A stretch of DNA of 64,000 nucleotides from Callorhinchus milii (taxonomy: Eukaryota), in assembly GCF_018977255.1 (NCBI RefSeq), contig NW_024704744.1, positions 80,228,001 to 80,292,000 of the forward strand. Reading direction: 5' to 3'. Shown here in pieces: positions 36,646 through 48,700 of the stretch (position 1 is the stretch's first letter; every line of letters begins with the position of its first letter). The notes below the pieces were generated by a model. That model was not told the origin of the DNA. It saw nothing but the letters and a program-made list of their open reading frames with translations, and did not search any database. The translations under genes and the position numbers were made by a program.

Positions 36646-36653
36646 CATGCGCA
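36643..36653 (+). promoter_or_regulatory. NRF1-like site ACGCATGCGCA at the CMTR1 promoter
   Basis: Near match to GCGCATGCGC about 90 bp upstream of the ATG. Confidence 0.5.
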
Positions 36654-36734
36654 CTGGCAGCGGGGCCTGGGCCTGGGCTGGTTTGCGGCCTCGCTCCCTC
36701 ACGAGCCCCTGTGAGCCCGGCACCAGCCACAAAG

Positions 36735-39700
36735 ATGAAGCGCAGGGCCCCGGAGGCGAAGTTGGAGCGGCCGGAAAGCAAACTGCAGCGCATAGAGGAA
36801 CTGGGCCTCAACCTGAGCTCAACATCGGACGAGGAGGCGCTGAGCGGCGGCGGAGGAGAGAGGAGCCGAGGTCGGGCAGGTGAGAGAGGCCGAGGGTGGG
36901 GCGGCTGAGGGCAGCGAGAGAGCGGGAGGCCCGGTAACAGCCCAGAGCCTGTAATACACTGTGCTCGGTAACAGCCTGTAATACACTGTACCCAGTAACA
37001 GCCTGTAATACACTGTGCTCGGTAACAGCCTGTAATACACTGTGCTCGGTAACAGCCTGTAATACACTGTGCTCGGTAACAGCCTGTAATACACTGTGCT
37101 CGGTAACAGCCTGTAATACACTGTACCCGGTAACAGCCTGTAATACAGTGTACCAGGTAACAGCCTGTAATACACTGTGCTCGGTAACAGCCTGTAATAC
37201 ACTGTGCTCGGTAACAGCCTGTAATACACTGTACCCAGTAACAGCCTGTAATACACTGTGCTCGGTAACAGCCTGTAATACACTGTACCAGGTAACAGCC
37301 TGTAATACACCGTACCCAGTAACAGCCTGTAATACACTGTACCAGGTAACAGCCTGTAATACACCGTACCCAGTAACAGCCTGTAATACAGTGTACCCGG
37401 TAACAGCCTGTAATACACCGTACCCAGTAACAGCCTGTAATACACCGTACCAGGTAACAGCCTGTAATACACTGTACCCAGTAACAGCCTGTAATACACC
37501 GTACCAGGTAACAGCCTGTAATACACCGTACCCAGTAACAGCCTGTAATACACTGTACCAGGTAACAGCCTGTAATACACCGTACCCAGTAACAGCCTGT
37601 AATACAGTGTACCCGGTAACAGCCTGTAATACACTGTACCCAGTAACAACTCAGAGTCTGTATTACAGTGTACCCAGTAACAGCCTGTAATACACTGTAC
37701 GCAGTAACAGCCCATAGCTTGTAATACACTGTACCCAGTAACAACCCAGAGTATGTGATACGGTAATGTAGTGGTTAGCGCGTGAGCCTAACAAGCGAGA
37801 GAACCCGGATTTGATTCCCAGACAGGATGAAACCTTAGGCAAGTTTCTGTACTCCACCCACCTCTGTTTACCTCGCAGTAAGTTAGTCAATTGGCGGAAT
37901 GCTTTTCCCAGGATTATAATCACTTCTAAAACTAGTACTAACAATTTTGATCACTTAATCCAGGACTGTGTGTGAGACACTGCTGTGCACAATTGGCTGC
38001 TGCATTTCACCAAAATGTACAATCAATTTACTTTACAGTATGTTCTATGAAGCACTTCAAGACCCTGTCACCCCCGCTATACACTGTACCCCCTTATAAC
38101 CCGGAGTCTGTAGTACACTGCTTGTCCCTTGTGCCCTCCGTTCCATCATCAGCGGTCACGTTTTTTACCAATACGTCCTGAAACTGTGGAACACTCTCCC
38201 TCAATCCCCCATCTTGCCCATTCCTTCCCCCATATTCCAGTCACACCTGAAGACTTTGCTTCAACTGGTATCCAGTAACAGTCCAAAGCCTATAATACAC
38301 CGTACACAGTAACAGCCTGTAATACACTGTAACCGGCAACAGTCTGTAATATCCTGTGACCAGTAAGTATACACCTAGAGCCTGTAATATCCTGTGATCG
38401 TAAGAACAGAGACCTTGTCATATCTCTGGTTGAATTGCAGGGCCTGCGATATTCCGGGTAAGAATCTGAAGTCTATTATCCACGATGACAGCCTGAGAGA
38501 TACATGTTAAACTGGACCAGTGGTTTCAATGTGGGGCGGGCAGTGAGAATTCAAGAACTGCAGGTGGCTTGCCCCTGTGGAGGGGGTGACTGCAGACAGC
38601 TTTTCCTGGGTGGGGGTGAGGATCAGAGGATGAGGTTAGGGGTAATGTAATGTTTCAGCGCCTTGGGACGTCCTCCCAACGTGACAGGCACTATACAAGT
38701 GTAATTTTTGTTGTTTGTTGTTGTTAATATGTGTTCCCTCTCTATGTTTAGCAGAATTCACCAGCAGTGATGATGAGGATAGTGACAGTGAGGGGGGCAG
38801 ACCCTCATTTGGTGGCCCCACTGGTTTTTCGGACTTTGGTCTTCGTTCGCTACATGATGGTTCTGCAGAAGACCTGCAGGAAGAAGGGCTGTCCAGCAAG
38901 TTCTCCATGTACAACAGCTTCTCCCAAAAATTGATGGTATTATGAGCCAATCAATGTTCAAGATTCTGCTGCGGAGCTTATCTTATTTTACCTTGCACCT
39001 CGGAAGGGGAAAGGGGGTGGAGAGTAGGAAGGGGTTCACCCAGCACGGTTGTTAGGCAATATTGGTGGATCTCTTTCCAGAGGTAATAATCCCTCCAAAA
39101 AATCCACGACTGTTTGTGAGACACTGCTGTTTGCATTTGGCTGCTGTGATTCACTCACAGTGTATACAGTCAATCCATTTTACTCTGTGTATTCTGTGAA
39201 GAGTTTGAGAAGTCTCAATGATGTGATAAGGTGTGATATCAAATGTATGGATTATTATTAATATTAAAAATAGTCAGACTTTTAATTAAAATTCCTGGAC
39301 AATTTATTTACATGTATTTCCATTACATTATTTACCAAAAAGGTTAACTTATTTAACAAAAATAGTCACGTAGGTAAAAAAAAAATCAATAAAATTGCCT
39401 TTCATGTCGGGATGATGTCCCAAGGGGCTGGACAGTCAGGGATTTGGGCCTGAGCAGGGGAGGGTTGGGATCAGGGTGGGTGGAGGGTAGGAGGGTGGCT
39501 GAAAGCACAGTTGAAGAAAACAATGCCTTTAATACTGTTAGGGATTTAAACAATGTGTCAACATAAGTGTGTGTGCTGGAGTTTGTCAACATCAATATAG
39601 ACGATAAGTTTTTTTTAGCATTAATGTGTAAAGAAAGGATCGGGACTTCACCTTTTTATTGATATAAGCAGGATGTCAGCATAAACGGGTTCGAGATAAG

Positions 39701-42700
39701 TGGGTAGTACTCTATAATAATACTCACATTTGATAGAGTGCTTTATCGTGTCGTTGATATGTCTAAGTAAGTTTTACTATTACTGCTGTTTTCCCAGAAT
39801 TGTTCCACAAACAGCTATGAAGTGATTGATTATATTTTCATCTAGGGAATTGTTGACTAAGACACTGTGAGAAACTCCCTTCTCTTTTCGAATAATGTCG
39901 TGGTATCTTTTACATTCATCTGAACAGATAGATAGGACGTATTTTAATGTCTCATTAGAATGTCTCCTTCTAATGAGACATTAAAATACGTCCTATCTAT
40001 CATCAATGCAAGTCCCCCCCCCCCATCCCCAGCACTGCATCGGAGGGTGGGCTTAGACTATAAATTCAATAGTTGAGTCACTAGGCTTGTCATGTTTCTG
40101 TTTTTAGATGAAGATGGGTTACCGTGAAGGTGCAGGTCTGGGTAAGTTTGAACAGGGCCGGAAGGACATTGTAGAAGCCTCAACACAGCGAGGCCGTCGA
40201 GGCTTGGGGCTGAAGCTGAAGGTGTTTGACCGAGAGCTGAATGTGCAGTGGCAGGATGATGGGCAGAAGTCTGACAATCTCAGTGTGGCTTCCTCCAGTT
40301 TTCTGGTGAGTCCTTGTGCACATGAAGGGGAGGAGTGTGTTTATACGTGGGTTTGGTATGCCCCTTCACATGTGAATAGGTGACGGCTGACTCCATGCAA
40401 TGTGGTTTTGTTTATTGACTGACTGGTTGATGGGACAAATGGTTTACTGGTTAGTTGGTTGGTCTGATGGTCGATTTTTCCACTTTCTGATTGGTCAGGC
40501 TGGCTGTTCGTTTGGTCTACTGGTTAGTTGGCTGGCTACTTGGTTGGTTGGCTGGCTACTTGGTTGGATGGCTGGCTGACTGACTGGCTGGTTTGAGTAT
40601 TTTTCAGACACTTGCGGCCCTTGTGTGACATGTTCTGCCTTGGTTTGCAGCCCAGTGTATACGAGCAAGTGGATTGGTTTCCTGAGTGCTCTGTGCCAGT
40701 GCCGGATCTAGTGGAGCTGCGGGATTGGATGGTGATCGGAAAGGTACAATGACTGGGAAAGTAGGGGGCTAGGAGAAGTTAGGCTTTGCTCTTGTATTAT
40801 GTTGAGAAAAGCCTAGCAAAATATCTAACTCTGGTTATGTCACTCAATAGCGCAAAGAGGAGATCGAGGATGAGACAGAGTTCTGTGCTGGAGAGTTGCT
40901 GAAGAATATGCTACGGTGTAAGGTTGGTATGTGACTGGAGATTTCTTCAGACAGGGAGAGGTGGGTGGAAAGGGCTTACAGAACATTCTCAGCCCCTCTC
41001 CATTCCAGAATCATCTGCCTGATACGTGTAGTGTTGGGTGTGTCAGAGGACTGTAGAGCTGAGATTTGGTAGTTTGGGCTCATCACATTAGCGAGTGAGA
41101 TAATTACCAATGGGAGAGGAACATGGATATGCCACTGCCTGAATTTTGGATACTCTTTCAATGTTCTGATTTTAACTACCGTGGAGTCATAGGGGGCAGA
41201 GTTCTAATTATCCGGAAGTAAATTCATTTATCTATTATGCATGTTTTACTTAGTATGAAGTTATTTGAAGTTGAGGTACAGATCAGCCATAATTTTATAG
41301 AATGCTGGAACAGGCTCGAGGGGCTGAATGGCATACTCCTGTTCCTATGTTGGTTTATTTGTATTATATTTAGTGTGTGTGTATATATATTACATATCTA
41401 TGGATAAAAGTATGTGGGGGAAAGAGCTATAACTACCTTGAAGGGGGAGAGGTGGGGGAGATGTAACTATACTAGATTGGCTGAGCAGTGGAGATATGTT
41501 ATGACAGGAGCTGTGTCTGGGGTTGTTGTACTGTGTTGTGGGTGCAGTAAAACCCCCGCATATTCTGCATCTTGTCTGTGATTTCAGACTGTGTTTGACG
41601 AGCTGGAAGGAGAGGAAATGCGTCGGGCCCGAACCAGGTCCAACCCCTATGAGACCATCCGTGGTGTGTTTTTCCTTAACAGGTATTAATGCTAGCTCAG
41701 AAATAATTTTGGCTGCCTACCTCCCTGCCTCCTTCCCTTCCTGGGTTTGGGACCATATGTGTGTCATTGAACCGTCTTAAAATTCTTCATATAGTTTACT
41801 ATAGAGTGTACTGTACTTACTGACTGTAATTCGTAGGCAAACTAAATACTGTTTATATTCTGTGAGCGTGTGTGTCTGTGTGTCGTGGGTATGCGATTTT
41901 GGGTGTGGGGGTTGTCTTTATGAGTGTGCATTTGTATGAGGCTCAATCGCATGTGTGTGTGTGTGTGTGTGTGGAAAGCGTTAGTTCACCCAGCTCTGTA
42001 ACTTACCTTTTCTTTCTCTCCAGAGCTGCCATGAAGATGGCAAACATTGACCATGTATTTGATTATATGTTCACAAATCCAAAAGACTCAAACGGGGTGA
42101 GTGTTTCTCCAGCAACCCTGCAATTGTGCTTGTATCAACCAGCCTTTACCAAGTCCCACAATTAAGGGGCTCCAGAGTCTTACTCGGATTATTGACCAGG
42201 ATACTGGGAGAAACTGCCTTTTCTTTTCGAGTAGCAAGTCATCATCAATTTGAGATCCACTTAAGAATAAAAGTAAGAGGTTAGGAGAATCTTTTTGCAC
42301 AGACGGTTGTTAGGACATGTGATCCCAAAGCAAATCTGCTGGTTGAAGCAAAATCTATAATAGCTTTTAAAAAGGAATTAAAGATTCGAAAAGGAAAAAT
42401 CATAATAGGGTGTGAGGGAAAGGGCAGGGGAGAGGACTAAACAGATTAATCTTTCAAAGACACGACCTAGATGCGATGACCTCCTGTGTATAATATTATG
42501 ATTCTGACTGTGTGTAATTCAGTTAACCTTGAACCTGCCTGTCTCACCATATCTGCACATGAACTGTGTGCCACAGTGTCGCTCGCTTATTCGCTCTCTT
42601 GGTACCCGAATGTTTTGTGATTGTCTGTTCCCTAGAAACCGCTTGTTCGGGATAAGGACGCAGAGTTGCTATATTTTGCTGATGTGTGCGCGGGTCCTGG

Positions 42701-45700
42701 AGGATTCTCTGAATATGTGCTGTGGCGGAGGAGGTGGAACGCCAAGGGCTTTGGCATGACACTGAAGGGACCCTGCGACTTTAAGCTGGAGGATTTCTTT
42801 GCCGCATCCAGTGAGATGTTTGAACCCTACTATGGTAAGTGGTGATGGCAGCAAGTCAAGGTTGGCCACAGAGCACACAACTGTGTGAGAAACAGCCCTG
42901 GTTCCAACCACCTGTCTCTGTTTTCATAGTTTTCAAACCCATCCTTCAATTATTTTCCCCAGCCCATTTCAATGGGCTTAGCTCCCCTGATATCTTTTAC
43001 TTGATTCTATATGGTCTTATCCTTTGCCTAATGTACATCCTCTCTGTTTTCCCTGCAAGCTTTGTGAACCCTTTTCTAAATTTTACCTTTAAGTTACTGT
43101 TTTGGAGTATGTTTCTTTGATTTGCCCCTGCCGGACCTCCCTCCACAAGCTGCAGGTCATTCAGAACTCTGCAGCTCGTGTACTGTCCCGCACCAGGCTT
43201 TGCGACCACATCACTCCCACCCTCGCTCGCCTCCACTGGTTCCCCATCCCCCAGAGGATCAAATTCAAGATCCTCATCCTCATCTACAAGGCCATTCACA
43301 GCATTGCTCCCTCCTACCTCTCCGACCTACTATACCTCTACATACCTGCCCGTACCCTCCGTTCCTCTGGCACCGGTCTGCTTCACATCCCCCGCCCTAA
43401 CCGCCCTACCATCGGTGGCCGGGCTTTCAGCCTCAGCTCCTAGGCTCTGGAACTCCATGCCCCAGTGCCTTCGCCGCCTCCTCCCTTTCCTCCTTCAAGG
43501 CCGGTCTCAAGACCTTTCTCTTCAACCGTGCCTACACCTCCCCTCTTGACTCTCTACCCCCTCCTCGCTCCCTCCCTTCCCTCCCCTCAGCCTGACCATT
43601 TCCCCCCTGCTCGGGTCCCGACCCAACTGTCCAGCGCCTTGGGACGTTCTCCCGACGTGAAAGGCGCTCTATAAATGCAATCTTGTTGTTGTTGTGGACT
43701 TAGGCTTAGAATAATCAAATGTTACAGTCTAGAGACAGACCATTTGGCCCATGATGGTTTTCTCCACATAAGCCAATCTAATTCTTCTTTCCTGTTTGCT
43801 ACCCATACCCTTCTCAGCTTGTTATGCATGCTTTGAGTAATGTTTTTGAAAGTTGCGTATATCTCTTTGGCTTATTTATCCCTGAGTAGTTTGAAGGAAC
43901 AAGGAAGGTCCCACTTATTGAATTCTTGGAGTAAAATGCTTTTAATAATATAACCAATCCTAGTGGTTTTACTCTATACTGCAATCTTCCCACTCTTGTG
44001 TGATTTGTATGTGGTTGTTTACCAGGTGAAGGAGGAGTGGATGGGGATGGTGACATCACACGGCCAGAGAATATCAGTGAATTTCGGCGTTTCGTGCTGG
44101 AGAATACTGAGCGAAAAGGTGTGCACTTCATAATGGCAGACGGGGTAGGTGTGTGAGCGACCAAGCCAGTCTTGCTTTCTGTTAATGATGTCAGGTGAGA
44201 GGGCAAGCTCTCTCCTGCAGAAACATAGCAGAGTTTGTGAAAGAGAGGGAGAGCAAGCAGGCTCCTGTAGAAACACAGTACAAAGAGAGAGAGAGAGCAC
44301 TCCTGTTATGGCAGGAGTGCTCCCCCTCTCTCTCTCGCTTGAGAGAGAGAGGGTGAGTGCTCCTGCCGTGACACAGAGCAAGCTAGAACGATTGCTCTTG
44401 ACAGAGAGAGCATGCAAACTGCTGTGACCTAGACAGAGAGCCTGCCCTGACCAAGAGAAAGAGAGGCTGCTCTGATAGAGACCAGAAACCATTGTGGATA
44501 CTCAAGAGTATCCAAACCAGACTGAGTTCCATGGATGCCACTTACAAATGAAATATTCCCTGTGTTTGGAATGGATTGTGCACTCTCTCCCTACAATAAT
44601 GTACCCTGCTTATGTAATTCGGACAGTGTTAGGCGCAGTTCGGCAACATCCAGGGCTTGGGGACACCATAGTGTGCATTGGGATACCGCTAGAGTTTAAC
44701 CAGCATTGAAAGCACTGTCTGGCAAGCTTCTCACTTGTTGTCCAGCTAGGACCACAGTACCTGTTAGGGCTTTGCTATGCAGGAGCAAATTGGGAAAAAT
44801 TCCTGCCCCAGTGACCAGTGTCCTGTCAACAAGCCAAGCTGGCTGGCTTCTTAGCAAGCAGCCCTGGAGTACTGCAGACTTGTCTGGTTCAGGAAACAGA
44901 GTATGCGTTAGGATAAATATAGAATTTAACCAGCGAAAACTATGTAGCTTGCTGTCTGGCATGGTTCCGCTGTTTGGAACTGAGTGGGAAGAATCCCTGC
45001 TCCCAGTAGTACAGGCCAATTCCTACCAATGAGCTAGGCAAGATCCTGCTGCAATAGAGCCGACAACTGCTGAGTACAATCCTGTAGTAATGCTGCAGAA
45101 ATGCTGAGAGACAGCTCATGTTCCACATTTCTCGCTGTATTTATCCCGTGTGTGACCTGCTGACATCTCGCTTTCATCCTCTTTCACTCTTTCTCTCCTT
45201 CCCTTTTGTCTAGGGTTTTTCTGTGGAAGGACGGGAGAACCTACAGGAGATTCTTTGCAAGCAACTACTACTGTGTCAGTTTCTGGTGGCACTGAGTATC
45301 CTCAGGACAGGTAATAAACCCAGGATTTACTTGCTCAGCTTTTGGTTTACAGCCAGACTGCTGTCACCAATTAACCCCGGTTGTTGCAGTAACTGCTTTT
45401 GAGTCCATTTGGAGTAACAACTTGCATTTTTATAGCACCTTCATGTGAGGTAGCATCTCCGAACACTTGACACCGAGCCAGGAGGAAGACAAAATAGAAC
45501 TAAATGGGTTTAAAAGATCATATGTGATCTAATAATATTGTACAGGCTTGATGGTGATGTTCCCGGGTTCCTATGTCCCGCTGTGTAATAAAATAAATTT
45601 ATGTTTATAAATAGTGCACCCCTGGTGGATGTCACAAAGTGGTTAACAGCACTGGCTTGGCATCCACGCTGGAGTTTGGTAGCCGAAGGGGGTAGGGAGG

Positions 45701-48700
45701 GGGAAAATGACCAAAAGCACGTCAAAGAGATTTTGAGACTGATCTTAAATTAAAGAACCCAAGACAAATGGAAAGGGGGTGTGGCCGAAGTTGAGTTGTA
45801 ATGTATTAAGCCTTCACTATCTGCTGCAGGCTACCTTGGGTCTGTGGTCAGGGATGTAAAACCTTTTCTTTTTCTGCCACAGGCGGTAATTTTCTGTGTA
45901 AAACCTTTGACCTGTTCACGCCATTCAGCGTGGGGCTAATTTACCTGCTGTACACCAGCTTTGAGAGAGTCTCGCTGTTCAAACCAGTAACCAGCCGTCC
46001 AGCCAACTCCGAACGGTGAGTAGCAAGCGTCTCATTCTCCCCACTGCACAATGGATATGTATGTTTGCCTGCAGCCGAGCATAAACTGCAGATTGTTACT
46101 CGAAGAGTTATGGGGGATATAAGAAGAAATGTTTTCAAGCAGAGGTTTATTAGATTATTTAAAAATTATTTAGATATGTATTTGAAAAAGGATATAAACT
46201 CATACTATAATGTGAAAGGAAAGAGCAGAATACATAAATGACTGACACAGACAGAAACCCATCACTGTGTTAAAGAGTAAGTAAATCACATAGAGCTCTA
46301 AATATGTGTGCCACTTAAACTTAAACATAGAAATTTCCCAGATTCTGGAGAGTATTAGTATTGCTTACCTAATTCTGGAGTATTAGGCTCAGATTGGTTA
46401 GAGCTTAGGCTTGGGGACCCCAGAGAGTGAATGGACCCTAGAGTCTAACCAGCTAATACCACATAACTGAGAACATTGTCCAGCTAAGACCACTCTATCT
46501 GTTAAAGCTTTGGCTTCCAAGGCTAATCCTTGCCCCCAGTGACTGATGTGTCAGCTTGGCTCTGGTAGCCTCTGAATTAGTAGGTTGTGGATTCAAGTCC
46601 CACCTTGGGGCTAAGCTGACACTCCAATATATATGTCCACCTTCCTGGCAGTTGCATGCACATATATCCCAAACCACCTATGTACTACATCCATAATGTT
46701 ATTTCCTAAAAGAAAACTATCTGTGTTTGAAGGAATCAACATTTCCTGCTTCAACTGTCTCCAGAGAGAACCTGTTCCACAGGTTTACTATTTGCTCACT
46801 GAAATATTTTTTCCATATTCTTTTAGTTCAGAATTTACTCCCCTTCAATTGCAGGCCGTATCCTTTGGTTTTATTATTCTGGACTAGTTGAAACAGCCTG
46901 TCATGAGCTACACTGTCTAGCCCGTTTAGAATCTTAAAGACAGGAATCATATCGCCTCTCAGTTCTCTCTTTACCAGCATGAATATGCCCAATTTACTTA
47001 GTCGCTCCTCATAGTTTGGTCCCTCAATCATTCTGGTTGCCCTCCTCTGAATCCTCTCAATTTCTCCCATATATACAGCGGCAAGATGACCCCATTATTT
47101 TAACTTGCTATTGATCTTTTGATACATCTCAACGTCTGGTTTGTTTTACTCACTGCCACAGAGCATTTTTGCTGTCAAGCAGAACCCCCTGGTCCTTTTT
47201 ATTTTCCATACATATCATTTTCCTTCCATTAAAATAATAGTCCCTGCCTGGATTTTTTTGTCCCCAAGTGAAGTAACTACATTTTTCCACAATTAATTTC
47301 ATCTGCCACCGACTGGTCTGCCCAATTCCCAAGTGTGTTCAAATCCTCCTGTAACCTATCATGATCAGCTTTGCAATCTACCACCTTCATTAGCTTGGTA
47401 TCATCTGCAAACTTAGCCACAGTGCTTTTGACTCCTAATTCCAGATCATTTATAAAAATATTAAATAAAAGAAATTCCAAAACAGACCCGTGTGGAACTC
47501 CACTAGTAACATTTTCCCAGTCTGATGACATTCCCTGTACCACAACCTTCTGGGTTTCTCTGGTCAATCAGTTGCGTATCCATTGTAACATCATTCCACT
47601 GATTCCCACTTTATTTACTTTCAGTACCAGCCTCTCAAGAGGAACTGTATCAAAGTCCTTACTGAAATCCAGATATACAACATCCATAGCCTTCCCCTTA
47701 TCAAGCTCCCTTGACACACCGTTAAAGAAAAACAGTAAATTGGATTGGCAAGACCACCGCTTCATGAATCCATATTGGCTATAATTTATGATTTTATTTT
47801 AGTCCAGGTGCACCATGATTTTATCCTTAATAAGAGTCTTCAAAATTTTACTCACACTGGACGTTAAACTTGCTGGTCTGTAGTTTCCTGAGTCACTTTT
47901 GTTTGCTTTCTTGAAAATAGGAGTAACATCTGCCTTTCTCGAGTCCCCCGTCACGTCTCTGACATTCAGCGATTTTTGAAAGATTTGTGCCAGCATTTCT
48001 CGACTTTCTCCCTTAGTTCCTCAAGAATCCTCGGATACAATTTATCCGGCCACTGAAATTTATTTACCTTAAATTTCACAGCTGTTTGGAAACCATGCTG
48101 GTAGTGATCTGAATAGTGTCGCAACTTTCCTCTGCGACATCCTTGTGTTGTCTTTCCGGATCAGATAGGTTACCCATCTTCTCCTTAGCCTGTGCAACAT
48201 TATTTGCCATGTCCTCTCCCGAACCCACCTTCAAGATGCTGGCCAACAATCCCCCCAAATAAAATTGTTCACTCGCTTCATGGCTGTTTGTGGAATATTG
48301 CTGTGCCCAACTGGCTGCCACATTTCATCCACAAAATATAGTTAAAAAACACTAAAGTAAATCCTGTGAAGCGTTTTGAGGCGTCTTGTCGACGTGTTAA
48401 GCTGTATCAAATGCAAGGATTATTATTATTATGATCTGCCCCTCCAAGTCCTTCCGATGAGCCAGACTAGCTGGTCTGTCATCAGTGGTGCCCAGGTGTA
48501 CTACAGACCCATCTGGCACAGGAACCAGACCACTGAGATTGCCACAGTGGGTTGATTCAATTCCAATAGTAGGTAAGAGTAGATAAGGTTAACTTCACCG
48601 GACCATTAGCACCAGCATCAAATGCAAGAATAATAGATATGAAGTCTAAAATGTGTGGTTGCAGTCAGGCTATCCATTGGAGCTGTGACTTATTTAGTGG

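Noticed and set aside
36527-37744. 405-aa (CITGCY)n antisense ORF
   Set aside because: Product of the 27-bp array; antisense to CMTR1 exon 1.
36932-37750. CRISPR-like array (constant 19 nt plus variable 8 nt)
   Set aside because: The variable parts are a few recurring point variants, far too short for spacers; eukaryotic intron with no cas genes. It is a minisatellite.
46640-48075. Active reverse transcriptase gene
   Set aside because: Multiple frameshifts and stops; a dead CR1 fragment.
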